Part shown: piece after piece, positions 52,101 to 63,510 of the stretch
How positions within the stretch are numbered: position 1 is the stretch's first letter
Layout of the letters: every line of letters begins with the position of its first letter
Assembly: GCF_004010195.1 (NCBI RefSeq)
Contig: NC_057751.1
Coordinates: 6,126,598 to 6,190,597, forward strand
Reading direction: 5' to 3'
Source of the DNA: Chiloscyllium plagiosum
Lineage: Eukaryota
Length of the DNA: 64,000 nt
Translations under genes and position numbers: made by a program
The notes under the pieces: generated by a model
What the model saw: the letters and a program-made list of their open reading frames with translations, nothing else
Told to the model about the DNA's origin: nothing
Databases searched by the model: none

Positions 52101-52712
52101 CAGAGTACTGAATACCTTAGTTAGAAGGTCACGTTGTGGCTGTTCAGGACATTAGTTAGGCCACTTTTGGAATATTGCGTGCAATTCTGGTCTCCTCCCT
52201 ATTGGAAGGATGTTGTCAAACTTAAAAGGGTTCAGAAAAGAATTACAAGGATGTTGTCAGGGTTGGAGGATTTGAGCTATAGGGAGAGGCTGAACAGGCT
52301 GGGGCTGTTTTCCTGGAGCGTCGGTGGCTGAGGGTGACCCAATGGAGGTTTAAAAAATCATGAGGGGCATGGATAGCATAAATAGACAAGGTCTTTTCCT
52401 GGGGCGGGGGAGTCCAGAAATCGAGGGCATAGATTTAGGGTGAGAGGAGAAAGATATAAAAGGGACCTACGGGGCAACTTTTACACGCAGAGGGTGGTGC
52501 GTGTATGGAATGAGCTGTCAGAGGAAGTGATGAAGGCTGGTACAATTGCAACATTTAAAAGGCATCTGGATGGGTATTTGAATAGGAAGGGTTGAGAGTG
52601 GTATGTGTCAAGAACTGGCAAATGGGTCTATATTCGGTTGGGATATCTAGTCGACATGGACAAGTTGGACTGAAGGGTCTGTTTCCGTGCTGTACATCTC
52701 TATGTCTCTGTG
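52100..52712 (+). mobile_element. Young CR1 LINE 3' fragment
   Basis: ORF 52134..52331 LVRPLLEYCVQFWSP; tail catctctatgtctctgtg. Confidence 0.92.
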
Positions 52713-54993
52713 TTACATCCATAAGTAGACTGAGCAGAACAGATTCTGGGCAAGTGTGAAGTTCTCTTAATCTTGCTTTTATGGCATTTTGGTTTATTTC
52801 CTTCAGTCGTGTGGTTCATCCCAGAGTCCTTCAGTTGGGTCACCTTTCATCTTGTGTGCCCTTTGGCTAAGAACACTGCCATAGCTTGATTTATGCAGAT
52901 CAAACTTAAGATGGCTGCTGTTTTAATGTTGATGATTCATTTTTCCACAAAGGAACAAGTCAGTTCAAGTGGAATTACCTTCACCCATCCAGATTCGGAC
53001 TTTTTCAGAAGCTTTGAATTCTCTTATCTCTGTAATATCCCATTGTGTTGTCCAAGGATTAAGTGTATTACAAATATCTCAACACAGTCAGAGATCCCTT
53101 TGTGGCTGATGCTGAGAAAATATACCAGTTTGTCTAAATTCGGCTGACAGTTAAATCAACAAGGACCATCATCTGACTTTTGGGAGCCAACTTGTCAGAT
53201 GCTGTGCCCATTTTAAAAATTCTTTAGAAAATTTAATGTATACAAGTTATTCATCTAATGTGTGATTCCTGCAGCTGCCATACTGATGACGTTGGCAGGG
53301 CCACGAGAGTAGTTTAGCTTTGGCTACCATCCTGGCCTCAACTGTTTTGGCTTTGCAGATGCTGGCAGATCTGCTGAGTTCCGACTGCATTTTCTGCTTT
53401 TGTTTTAGAGTTTCAACATCTGCAGCTCTGTATTGTGTTTCACGCTGTGGTGGATCATGACCAATGTGCAATAGTGGAAGAAGGGTGACAGCAACCTGGC
53501 AACTAATTTTACATATGCACTTCCCATTCTTTGTTTCTGTTGCCATGTGTAGATTTCAGCATCCACAACTTCAAAACATGGTGAAATATGCTTTTAGTGA
53601 GTGACTCAAAAGTTTTGTCTCATAGCACACCGCACTATTCAGAAATGGTGAAATATTTCAGTCGTGACCATTTTGTGTTTGCTACACAAAAGCAGCTAAA
53701 CTCTGTGTCAATTGATACTTTGTACATTTTTGACAGTTAAATTAATTGTCTACTTGCTCTGGGCATGTTATTATTATTTCAGAAGACGCAAAAGCAATTT
53801 GCTCTTTGCTCCAAAGTATTGAATGTGATGACGTATCAAAATGCATAATTGGGTGCTGGTGGTGAAAAATAGGATGCTCTGGGTGCCTCATTTGCTGTGA
53901 AGACAGTGCCTGATATTAATTTAATTACTTGATCATTATGAGGAGAGATTTTCTGTGCAGTGTGTTTGTATTTGAAGCTTCAAACGCTGCTTGATGACTG
54001 ACAGATTTAAAAGTAAACAAACATTCCATAACCCAGTCTTGTAAATTAAATTGAATGAGGGGCTGATTCTTTCAAGCAACGATTATTTGAAGTAGTCCTT
54101 GGAGTTAAACACCGAAAGCCATGGGGGTTCTGTCGCATTAAGTCCGCATTAAAATATTTCCCAATAGCCACAGTTTTCTGTTTGCAATAGCTAACTTGGT
54201 GCCTTTATTTAATTCTTGTGAATGTCGAGAGCAATCATTTTGAAAACATGCAATGATTGCACACATAATTAATCCAAGGGATTACTCACGGTCTTGTCTC
54301 TTTCTTTTTACCCTCTGCTCACAGACAATCCAAAGTGCCAGTATTCTTGGTGTCAAATCCACGCAGCTGCTTCCTGCAAACTTTAATCAAAAGAAACAAG
54401 ACTTGAGATAATAGCACCTCATTATGTCTTGCAGAAATCTCTGAAAATGTTCTGCAACCAATAAATTACTGTTGTTTGCAGCGTCTACTGAGTGCAGACA
54501 ACTGAGCAGCCATTCTTCCAACAGCAAATGAAATAACTTGGCTGCTAGTTTTTCATGCAGAGAAATGTTGTGATTGTCTCTCAATTTGAGGACGACGTCC
54601 ATCAAGCTCACGTGAGTCTGTGAGTCTTCTTGTGACCAAATAAGCCGAATCTTGACCTGTGTACCGTGGGGCCAAAAGGTGGTCAGATCCAGACTGGAGA
54701 CAACGAATTTGGGTCAAACAGCATCATGACAGAGTTCCGCGTTAAGCTGGGAGGGGTCTCTGTCCACCATTTTATCAAATGAAAGCATCTTTGTCAATGG
54801 AACAGTCCCTTCCTCAATGTTGCAAAAAATCATCAGCTTGCAGTGCACATCAGTCTGGGAAAATGAGGATCATGTCAGAGAATTCTGGCTCCAGGACATG
54901 GCCCTCTTCCCACTCCAATTTTGCCCTCATTTAAAGTCCATTACAATGGGACGTACGAGTCACAGTGGTCTGATTCAGCTACAGTTGAACAAA

Positions 54994-55082
54994 CGAGGTA
55001 AAAACAATGACTGCAGATGCTGAAAACCAGATTCTGGATGCTGCCTGAACTGCTGTGCTCTTCCAGCACCACTAATCCAGAA
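54994..55082. mobile_element. Fold-back short PLE-derived insert, 14-bp TSD
   Basis: Reverse 3' end joined to a forward segment at attctggat; TSD tac(a/g)gttgaacaaa at 54980-54993 and 55083-55096. Confidence 0.8.
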
Positions 55083-55195
55083 TACGGTTGAACAAAGCCA
55101 ACACACAGAAAGACCTTAACAGTTTGGGGCTTGCATGATACCTCTTGGCACACAGCCTTATGAGAAAAATTGACTCCATGCTCTCTGCTTACAGC

Positions 55196-55401
55196 TACAG
55201 GTAGTTGTTATATAAAGCAATGGTTGCTTCTTGTGCAACCCTGCATTATCGAAAAATTGCACTTTAGAAACAGCGTTTGAAGTGTTGACGGTGTAACCTT
55301 ATTACGCAAACACACATTTTAAACGTTTGTACTTTAGAAGCAGTGTCCCCAATTCATCAATCACGTTACAGGGAATTTGCGTTATAGCAGAATGACCTGC
55401 A
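55196..55401. mobile_element. Tc1/mariner-pogo (Tigger-like) MITE
   Basis: Imperfect ~23-bp TIRs including flank: tacaggtagttgttatataaagc versus reverse complement tgcaggtcattctgctataacgc; TA at the left end. Confidence 0.55.
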
Positions 55402-55714
55402 TAACGCTATTTTAATTGTTTAGATGTCAGCCGTACAACTTCAGTATGTATTCAGAAGTAGGAACTATTTCATTTGGATCCTCAAGCTCTCATTTTACCA
55501 GTTAGATGTTTTGTGTCAGGTTAGCTCCATCCATCTTGATGATGCCGCACAGTTTGTCTTGCAAGAGGTCCCAATGCAAGTATGTGTGTTATATATAAAA
55601 TAGTTCCCATGTGAATTGTCTCTGTTGCTATCATGCATTGTACTACATCTTGCATAAGACGAGTACTTTTTGCTAAGATACTGCAGTGGTCGAGACTCTA
55701 CCACTGTTATATGA

Positions 55715-56268
55715 GACTGAGTCCCTACCTCTGAAACAGAAAGCCTGGGTTCAAGATATTGAAATTCACACATGACTACCTGTTCCAGAGATGTGTCAGA
55801 ACATCCCTGAACTGGGTTGACTTGGAAATATCTGGAAAAGAGGACATCAAGGACTCTTGAAGCATGGTGGTAATGTCCTTACCTCTGGGCCAAGGGGCCT
55901 GTGTGGAAATCCCAACCGCTCCAGAGCTGTTGAATAAGATCACTGAACAGATTGATTAAAAATATCTACACCTGAAAGAGTAGAAATGAGGATAGATTCG
56001 ATTCTGTTTGTGGAAGTGCAGAGAAAGATTTACGTAGTCACGAGTCTCTAGTGCTTGGTTACAGAGAGCAAGAGAAGCCAATGTTTTGTTCAGGGAGTTC
56101 TGACAGCACCACCACTTGGAGGCAGCCATTTCTATTTGGCTAAACCTGGCATTGTTTCCTTTACTCATCAACCTGTTCAGCGATATCACTATACACCTCT
56201 GGAGCAGGTGGGACTTGACCCAGACCTTCTGGTCCAGAGGCAGGGACAGCACCACTGCTCCACAAAAA
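55715..56268. mobile_element. Cluster of three ~110-bp tRNA-like short SINEs (two +, one -)
   Basis: Shared gtccctacctctg..cagaa.gcctgggttcaag..cccacctgctccagag...ctgaacaggttgat at ~55715-55832, ~55860-55968 and reverse 56160-56268. Confidence 0.65.
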
Positions 56269-57546
56269 CCCAACCAAGCCTGGCCTTGTTAATTCATGAA
56301 CACCTTCAGCAGTAGCTGTTCTGTGTTTTGCTATTAGAGTAGGAGGTAGAAGCAAAATAACCAGACCCCAATCTTGGCCACTGCTGTCTGCGGGAAAAAA
56401 GGAGAATGCAGTAGGAAGAACTGTTGGTGGTAGTGAACTACCCCAGCCACAAATCATCAGTGGATCAGGAACCTGAAATTGTGAAAGAAAATGCAGCCAA
56501 TGTTTTTCTGTGTGCCCCATTCCCAACTATTTAATTTTCAATTAGTTGGGACACTCAATAAATTGATAAAGAGATTCAAGGATGCTGGAAATCTGAAAAG
56601 AAAACAGTTGAAGTACAAAAGTCTCAGTCAGTCATGCAGTGATAGTGGACAGAAGGAGAGTTAACTTTTCAGGTTCTAGACCTTCCATCAGAATTCAAAA
56701 CACCATGTTCATAAAAGGTTAACTTTGTTGTTCTCCAAAGATGCTGCCTGGATTACTTCCAGCTTTTTTGCTGGATCATACCAAAGTACTTTATCAGTCC
56801 AGGATGACACATTCACCATAGAGCAATACCACATATAGAATCATACGAAACTGGAGTAAAACCATCTCTTATAGAAATGTACCTCAAATGCATCCCTGCA
56901 GAACTCAATTCAACTCCTTGCCCTGAGTCACATTGCCAGTTCCATAAGGCTCAAATTGCAAGCCAAAAAATACATTGAACAAGTTGATAAGAAAATTGTA
57001 CATCTTCAAACAGGATTGTATTTTTAAACACCAACAGTGGTTTTCACAATTGCTTCCATAACAGGAAAACAAAGTCTCGTTGAAAGCCAATCAAAATCTG
57101 GAGTGGTCTCCTAAATGTGTAGATGGGAGTTTGTAACAGCTCTAGCATTTGTTGACTATTGAAAGCCTTTGAAATTCTATCTTCTTGGAAAGTTGCTCCG
57201 GAAAATATGACAATGATAAGTTAGCAACCAGAAACCTTAGTGCAATAACAATGTTTGAACGTGAAGTCTTGCCAAGCTCCTGAACTACTCAGTAACTGGC
57301 AAGTTGTCACACCATTCATCAGGATAGCACTTGCCCTCGGCGTTGGTGCACATTTCATTGACTTTTTCTTTGTGTTTTTTTTTGCATGTCAGTTTGCTAT
57401 TTTCTCCATAACTCCTTGCCACACAGGCAAACCAAGATTCAAATGGATATCCACTTATATTGTGTGAGCATCTGAATCACATAGTCACGATGATTTCTGA
57501 GGAACAGCTACAATGGAAGAAACTCATGAAGCACAGCAGTTTGTTG

Positions 57547-57559
57547 GTTGCCAGGCAAC
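57547..57559. promoter_or_regulatory. RFX X-box-like palindrome GTTGCCAGGCAAC
   Basis: Fits the GTTRCC-N(0-3)-RGYAAC consensus; lies in TE-free sequence; function unproven. Confidence 0.4.
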
Positions 57560-57894
57560 AGGAGCCAGCTAGGTGAGAGTTGAGGCTCTCCTGAGCTACT
57601 GGCACTCCGAGATTTTTCTTTGAATTTATCCACATTAAAGAAAAGATATAATTCCATGTCTGTGATCGTTTCGAAAGACCTGATTACCCGTGGGGTACTG
57701 CTGAAGCAATTAATAGCTCATCAACACAGCAGCAGAGACTACAGATTCAAGAGACTGCCTTAGCTATGTTTACATTTCATAGTTGATGGTTTGTGTTTTT
57801 TTTAATTCGACGAAAGCTGATCTAAAATACGTGATCCATTATAAAACCATTATTGAAGTTCTAACTTCATCTAAGGTGCAATAGTTTGGGATTA

Positions 57895-58335
57895 CTTTTA
57901 CCTCTGGGGTGGAAAGCTCGTGGGTTCAAGTTCAGCTGCAGAGATTTATGCACAAAATCTGGACCAATAATATCAGTCCGATACAAGGGATGCCATCTTT
58001 TTGATGGAGGCATTAAATGGAGAGACTGTCAAGCCCCTTTGAATATTATAAATCCATTGCACTGTCAGAACAGCTTAAGGGAAATTCTTCTCAATATTTG
58101 TCCTCGACCAACATCAGTAAAAACAGATTATCTGATCTTCAGTATATTGTTAATGATATTTGTAATAAAAGCTGTTGGCGGATATTAGTCTGTGTTGTCA
58201 ACACCATTAAAGTAGAAAAAGAAGAAACTGTTGTTTGTGGGAGTTTGTTGCAGCATTTTGGCGGTCACATTTCCTTCATGCAGGAGTGACAGCATGGCCA
58301 AATTGGTACCAAATTGATTGTAAAGTGTTTCAGTG
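57895..58335 (+). mobile_element. Decayed Deu-domain SINE
   Basis: gtgggttcaagt B-box; caatatttgtcctcgaccaacatcagtaaaaacagattatctg; tgtttgtgggagtttg. Confidence 0.65.
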
Positions 58336-58599
58336 AATTCTACAGTCATGAAATTTGCAGGGTAACTTCGTCCTCAGAAGACTGCACCCAGAGCCAAAGC
58401 CATTGGTGTATGGGTCAATCAGCTGTACGGGGGGGAAAGGAAGAGGAATGGAAGGACAATAGACCAGGGATTCTACATTCAGGGGAACAGATATGGATTT
58501 CTGCACCCATTTATGTGATTTCAAATCAATAAAATGCCAGGGTAAAGGGTGTCACAGATTGGTTTCTTGCCAGAATTAACACTCAGAGATAGGATTCAG

Positions 58600-59783
58600 T
58601 TTAAGTTGAAAAAGTATGGATTAACCTGGGATAGTCAGCATGGTTTTGTTCAGAGAAGGTTGTGCCTTACTCACTTAAATGAGTTTTTTTGAGGAAATGA
58701 CAATGAAGATTCCTGAGGACCATGTAGTGGATGTTGTCCACATGGATTGTACTGAGGCATTTGACAAGATACCACATGATCAGCCCATGGGATGCAGGAG
58801 AATGTGGTGAGTTGGATCCAAAATTGCTGCACTGAGAGGAAACCAAGGGTAATGGTTGGCGCAAGTTGTTGCAAGTGTGAAAGCAGTTTCCTATTGTGTT
58901 CCACAGGATTCAATATTTGGTTCCTTGCTGTTTGTGGTATTAATGAATGATTTAGATAAATGTGGGAAGTATGATTAGGAAATTTTCAATCAACACAGAA
59001 ATTGACCGGGTCGTTGATAATGAACAGGATGCTATCAACTGCAGGACAATGTCAGTGGTTTTGTTGAGTGAGTGGAATAGGAGCAAATGGAAATTAATCC
59101 AGCCAAGTACGAGGTTATACATTTGAAGAGGGCATACAAAACAAAGGAATAAACAATAAATGGGAAGTTATTGAGAGGGGTGGAGTGCATGCCCACATGT
59201 CCATGAAGGTAGCAGGACAGGTAGATTAGCTTGTAAAGGTGGCAAATGGGATGCTTGATCAAGCTTTGTGCTCTGGACAACTGGAGCTGGAAAAAAAAAT
59301 GAAGGACATAATTGCCAGAGAGAGATTACAGAGTGGATTCCCAAGAACGTTGCCAAGGCTTGAAAAATATGGGTGCGAGTAAGATTGGATTGGATATGAT
59401 TATTTTCTTTAGAACGGGATGATAAAGCAAGGTCAACAAAATAATGAGAGGCTTGGAGAGAGTAATCAGGGTTTCCCTTGCTGCGAAGTTTATCACCAGA
59501 GGCCACGGATTAAAGGTGATTGGTTTAAGATTAAAGGTTTAGAAAAAGATGAGGAAAAACACTTTTCACCCAGAAGATGGTGCGTATCAGGAATTTGCTG
59601 CATGGGTTAGTGGTTAATGCAGAAAACCTGAACTCATTTAAAAGGAACCTGCTTTTGAAGTACTGTCACATACATGCTTCAGAACAGATGTTGGAAAATG
59701 GGATGACAGTGGGTGGTTCATTTATTCAGATGGTGCAGACATGATGGGTTGAATGGACTTTTTCTACATTGTAACTTTTCTAT
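58600..59783 (+). mobile_element. Old CR1 RT/3' fragment
   Basis: DSQHGFVQRRLCLTHLNEFF, VDVVHMD..AFDKIPH and QMEINPAKYEVIHL motifs. Confidence 0.75.
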
Positions 59784-60059
59784 AGATTAGATTAGATTCC
59801 CTACAGTGTGGAAACAGGCTATTCGGCCCAACAAGTCCACACCGACCCTCTGAAGAGCAACCCACCCAAACCCCTTTTCCCTCTGACTAATGCCCCTAAC
59901 ACTATGGGCAATTTACCATGACCAATTCACCTGACCTGCACATCTTTGGACTGTGGGAGGAAACTGGAGTACCCGGAAGAAACCCACGCAGACATGGGTA
60001 GAATGTGCAAACTCCACACAGACAGTTATCCAAGGCTGGAATCAAACCTGGGACCCTGG
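59783..60059 (-). mobile_element. HE1-type V-SINE
   Basis: Same V-domain and (TCTAA)n tail as 43275-43543. Confidence 0.9.
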
Positions 60060-60379
60060 TTTTGGGCTTAATGTTTCGAAAATTTGGCTCAATTTTGGGA
60101 GTTTTCATTTAGGTTTTCCCTGTGAGCACTGGCAACAGTTCTTATGCAGTTTTATTTTGTACATCTCATAAAGCATGCATGGCACCTCCACGGTCAGCTC
60201 TCACACTGTTTTGCCTTCAGCTGTGGTAAATGTGGCCACGCAATGCTAGATCCTATGACATTCATGCTGCTCATGCTATATTACAATCCCAGCTGCACAC
60301 CATTTCAAATCAGGAATTGCTGTCCATAGTTTCCGTATGTCAGAAATTCCAAAGGATGTGGCTGACAGAGGCACATTGG

Positions 60380-60600
60380 CAGTCCAGTTCACGTGCAGGG
60401 ACCTGGAGGTCCTGGTGGAAGGGCTGGTTGAGGGATAGCCTGTCCTCCTTCCCTTGGACTGCCAAAGGGAACCATTGGCTCTTCAAGTCTGGACTGAAGT
60501 TGCCACCTGGATCATTGTGGTGTCCATGGTCTGCAGGGACACTCCACAGTGCAGGAAACAGGCCAGTGACCTTCTGTGCTCTACAAAGCTGGTGCCATCA
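60380..60600 (+). mobile_element. PIF/Harbinger Myb/SANT-like DNA-binding ORF remnant
   Basis: QFTCRDLEVLVEGLVEG*PVLLP...VWTEVATWIIVVSMVCRDTPQCRKQASDLL fits the trihelix/Myb-like F..DLEVL...W.EVA...R...QCRK...DL pattern; in-frame stop. Confidence 0.7.
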
Positions 60601-61149
60601 TCATTTTTCTGCTTATTCACGCTCACTGCACTGTACACACCTCCCACTAAAACACATGGCCTACCACTCTCATTGTTGCATGCAGCATTTCCCTTCCCTG
60701 CTGTCACCCACCCCAAACAACATGGTCTCTGTGCTTCCTCTTCACTCACTCCGGATACCCCACCATGTGCATCAACCCTAATGTGCGGCGGACACTTTCT
60801 TTGCACTTAATCTCTCCTTTGACTCACTGAAGGAGAAAACAGCCCGCAATAGTGCTGACACAGCCATTATGGTAGTGTGGTGATTGACATTCATCTCCTC
60901 ATCCCGTATGAGGAGAAGATCCTTGAGCTCTCAGGAGAGACCAGAAACAGTTTATGTGAGGCTGGTAAGATTTCCATGTTCCAGACGCCAAGTAAGATTC
61001 ATTGTGATGTGTTGTACTGCTCTCCCACCTCCAATGTAAAATAATTCTTAACATGCTCAAGCTTCTAACCCAATTACACAATTCGTTTCCTCTCTTCTGT
61101 GAGCTTCAATGACATCGAGACATCATCCTCCCACACAAAAACTGCCCTT

Positions 61150-62750
61150 CCAGCCACCACCTCCTCTGTTGCTTTTGTATCTGAAGAATCATGAATAGTG
61201 GTGAACATTTAGCAATTATAAAAGAAAATTCCCACTTCTGACCTTATGATGGCTGGAAGGTCATGGTGAAACAGCTGAAGATGGTTGGGCCTCGAGTGAA
61301 GCTGAGATGTCTAACCCCCAACACGCTGAACTATTTTCCTGTGTGCCAGGTATGACTCCAACCTGTGGGGAGTTTGCCCCTGATTCCCATTGACCCCAGT
61401 TTTTCTTAGGCTCTTTGATGCTACAAGTGTTCAAATGTGGCCTTGATGTCAAGGGCAGTCACTCTTACCTCCTCTCTCAAATACAGCTGATTTGTTACAT
61501 ATGGAACCAAGGCTGTAATGAGGTCAGGAAATGAGTGGCCCAGGCAGCACTCAAACTGGACACCAGTGAGAAGGTCATTTCTGAACAAAGTGTCACTTGA
61601 TCACAATGATCATACCTTGCATCATCTACCTAATGATCACGAGTGGACTGACGAGCCAATAATTAGCTCACTTAGGTTTGCCCTTTTTTTATTCAGGTAA
61701 CGTCTGGACAATTTTCCATCGTTGGGTAGGTGCAAGCATTGTGGCTATACTGGAACATTTTGGCTGAGTGGGGAGGAGTTTTGGAATACAAGTCTTCCGT
61801 ATTATTGCCAGGATTTTTTCAAGACCCATAGTCTTTATAGTATCCAGTACCTTCAGCCATTTATTGATATCAGGTGGAGTGAATCAAATCAGCTGTGCAC
61901 TGGTATTTGTGATGCTGGGGACCTCTGGGGAAGGTTGAGGTGGAGCATCCATTTGGCACTTCTGGCTGAGGACTGTTGCACATGAGTCTATTGTTTAATT
62001 GTCTGTCACTATGCCTTGACAGCCTCGGGCACCTCATGGATTCCCAGTCTTGAGTTCCAGATCTGTTTGAAATCTATTAGCATCTCACACAACACAATGG
62101 AGGATGTCATTAGTGTGAAGATGGGACTTGGTTTGGACAAAGGACTTCATGATGGTCACACCGAAGGATGCTGTCATGGACAGATGCATTTCCGTCTGAT
62201 GAGGATGAATTGAAGAAAGTTTTTCTCTCTAGTTGGTTTCCTCACCGCCTGCAAGACCCAGTCTAGCAGCTGTGTTGTTTAGGATTTCAGCAATATGGTC
62301 AATACTGCTGAGCCACTCTTGGTGATGGACATTCACATCTCACACTAGGAGTATATTTGCACCCTGACCACCCTCAGTGCTTCTTCCCAGTAGTGTTCAG
62401 CATGGAAAAGTTCATAATTTGAGGGGTGGCAACAGCTGGTAATCTGTACAAGATTTTCTTGTCAGTATAGGAGAAAGTGAGGACTGCAGATGCTGGAGAT
62501 CAGAGCTGAAAATGTGTTACTGGAAAAGCGCAGCAGGTCAGGCAGCATCCAAGGAACAGGAGAATCGACGTTTTGGGCATAAGCCCTTCTTCAGGAGGGC
62601 TGTTTCTTGTCAGTATAACAATGTCAGGCATATGGCTGCCCTAAATTTTGGCATACGTCCTCAGATGTTAGTAAGGAGAACTTTTCAGGGTTGATAAAGT
62701 TCACCATTGTAATTTCTTGTGCCTTGGTCTTTGCCAGGCAGTATCTTTGA
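61150..62750 (-). mobile_element. Decayed 15745-type LINE (RT region and upstream)
   Basis: Reverse complement collinear with 16100-16750 (ccttgacatcaagg, aatgaccttcc..ccatcataaggtcagaag). Confidence 0.7.
62470..62602 (-). mobile_element. Short PLE-derived element, perfect 15-bp TSD; hammerhead with G12>A (CpG decay)
   Basis: Nearly identical to 28523-28651; TSD tttcttgtcagtata at 62455-62469 and 62603-62617. Confidence 0.88.
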
Positions 62751-62789
62751 TTTTCTTTTTGTAATGAGTTCACTACTTTGCTGCAGGTC

Positions 62790-63030
62790 TCAAGTCACCT
62801 GGGCCTGACCAGGGTAAGGTTGGCAGTTTTCTACCCTGAAAGGATATTTGTGAACGGATAGGATTTTGTAGCAATCAATGGTTTTTTTGGTCTCATTCGA
62901 CTCATTTAATTCCAGAATGTTTTTTAAAATTCAGATTTAATAATCTGTCATGGCTGAACCTGGCTCTTCAGAGCATTACCTGCGCCACAGGATTAAGAGG
63001 CCAGCGATAATAACTCGACACTACTGCATA
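62790..63030 (-). mobile_element. Decayed 40020-family SINE
   Basis: Reverse complement of the SINE core (ggtaaggttggcagttttctaccctgaaagg, ttaattccaga). Confidence 0.55.
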
Positions 63031-63209
63031 CATATATTTGGCACCTGTCTGATTGACTATCAATTTAGCTGCAGCTACCTTAATGAAATGTTAGAGGTTA
63101 CTCTTCCTTAGTTTTCCTTCCATCCGAAGAAGGGCTACGTTTTTCCAAGCAGCTATTGTGGCACAGCGATGCTGATGGGATGCTGTAAGATCGTGAAGTG
63201 ACTCACCAA

Positions 63210-63510
63210 GTGAGTGTGGAAAGAACGTTTCCTCTTGTTTAAAAATAAGGCGTCACTCAAATAAGACTGATATATTGAAACATTTTTGTGTCAGAGGATT
63301 CCCTTCTTCAAAAGGCAGTGGATGCAGAATCTTGAAATATTTTTAAGCAAGAGGTAAATAGATTCTTGATTACTAAGGGGATAAAAGATTATTGGAGACA
63401 TACAGTAAGAGCTTAGGTTAAAATTAGATCAGCCATGATCTTTTTGAACGATGGAGCAAGATGCAAGGTCCAAGTGACTAACTCTTGTTCCTTGTTGATT
63501 TATTCATGTA
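63210..63510 (+). mobile_element. CR1 3' end remnant
   Basis: ggaaagaacgtttcctcttgt...aaaggcagtggatgcaga...agatcagccatgatct...ggagcaag. Confidence 0.7.

Noticed and set aside
54561..54611. Apparent 51-nt in-frame exon (cag|RNVVIVSQFEDDVHQAH|gtgagt)
   Set aside because: Overlaps sequence resembling the reverse strand of an RTE-type 3' end; peptide not recognised.
56160..56268. Genuine tRNA gene
   Set aside because: No complete cloverleaf; multiple diverged copies share a common tail, which indicates a SINE.
60230..60781. 183-aa ORF
   Set aside because: Off-frame overlap with the decayed Harbinger remnant; no domain signal.
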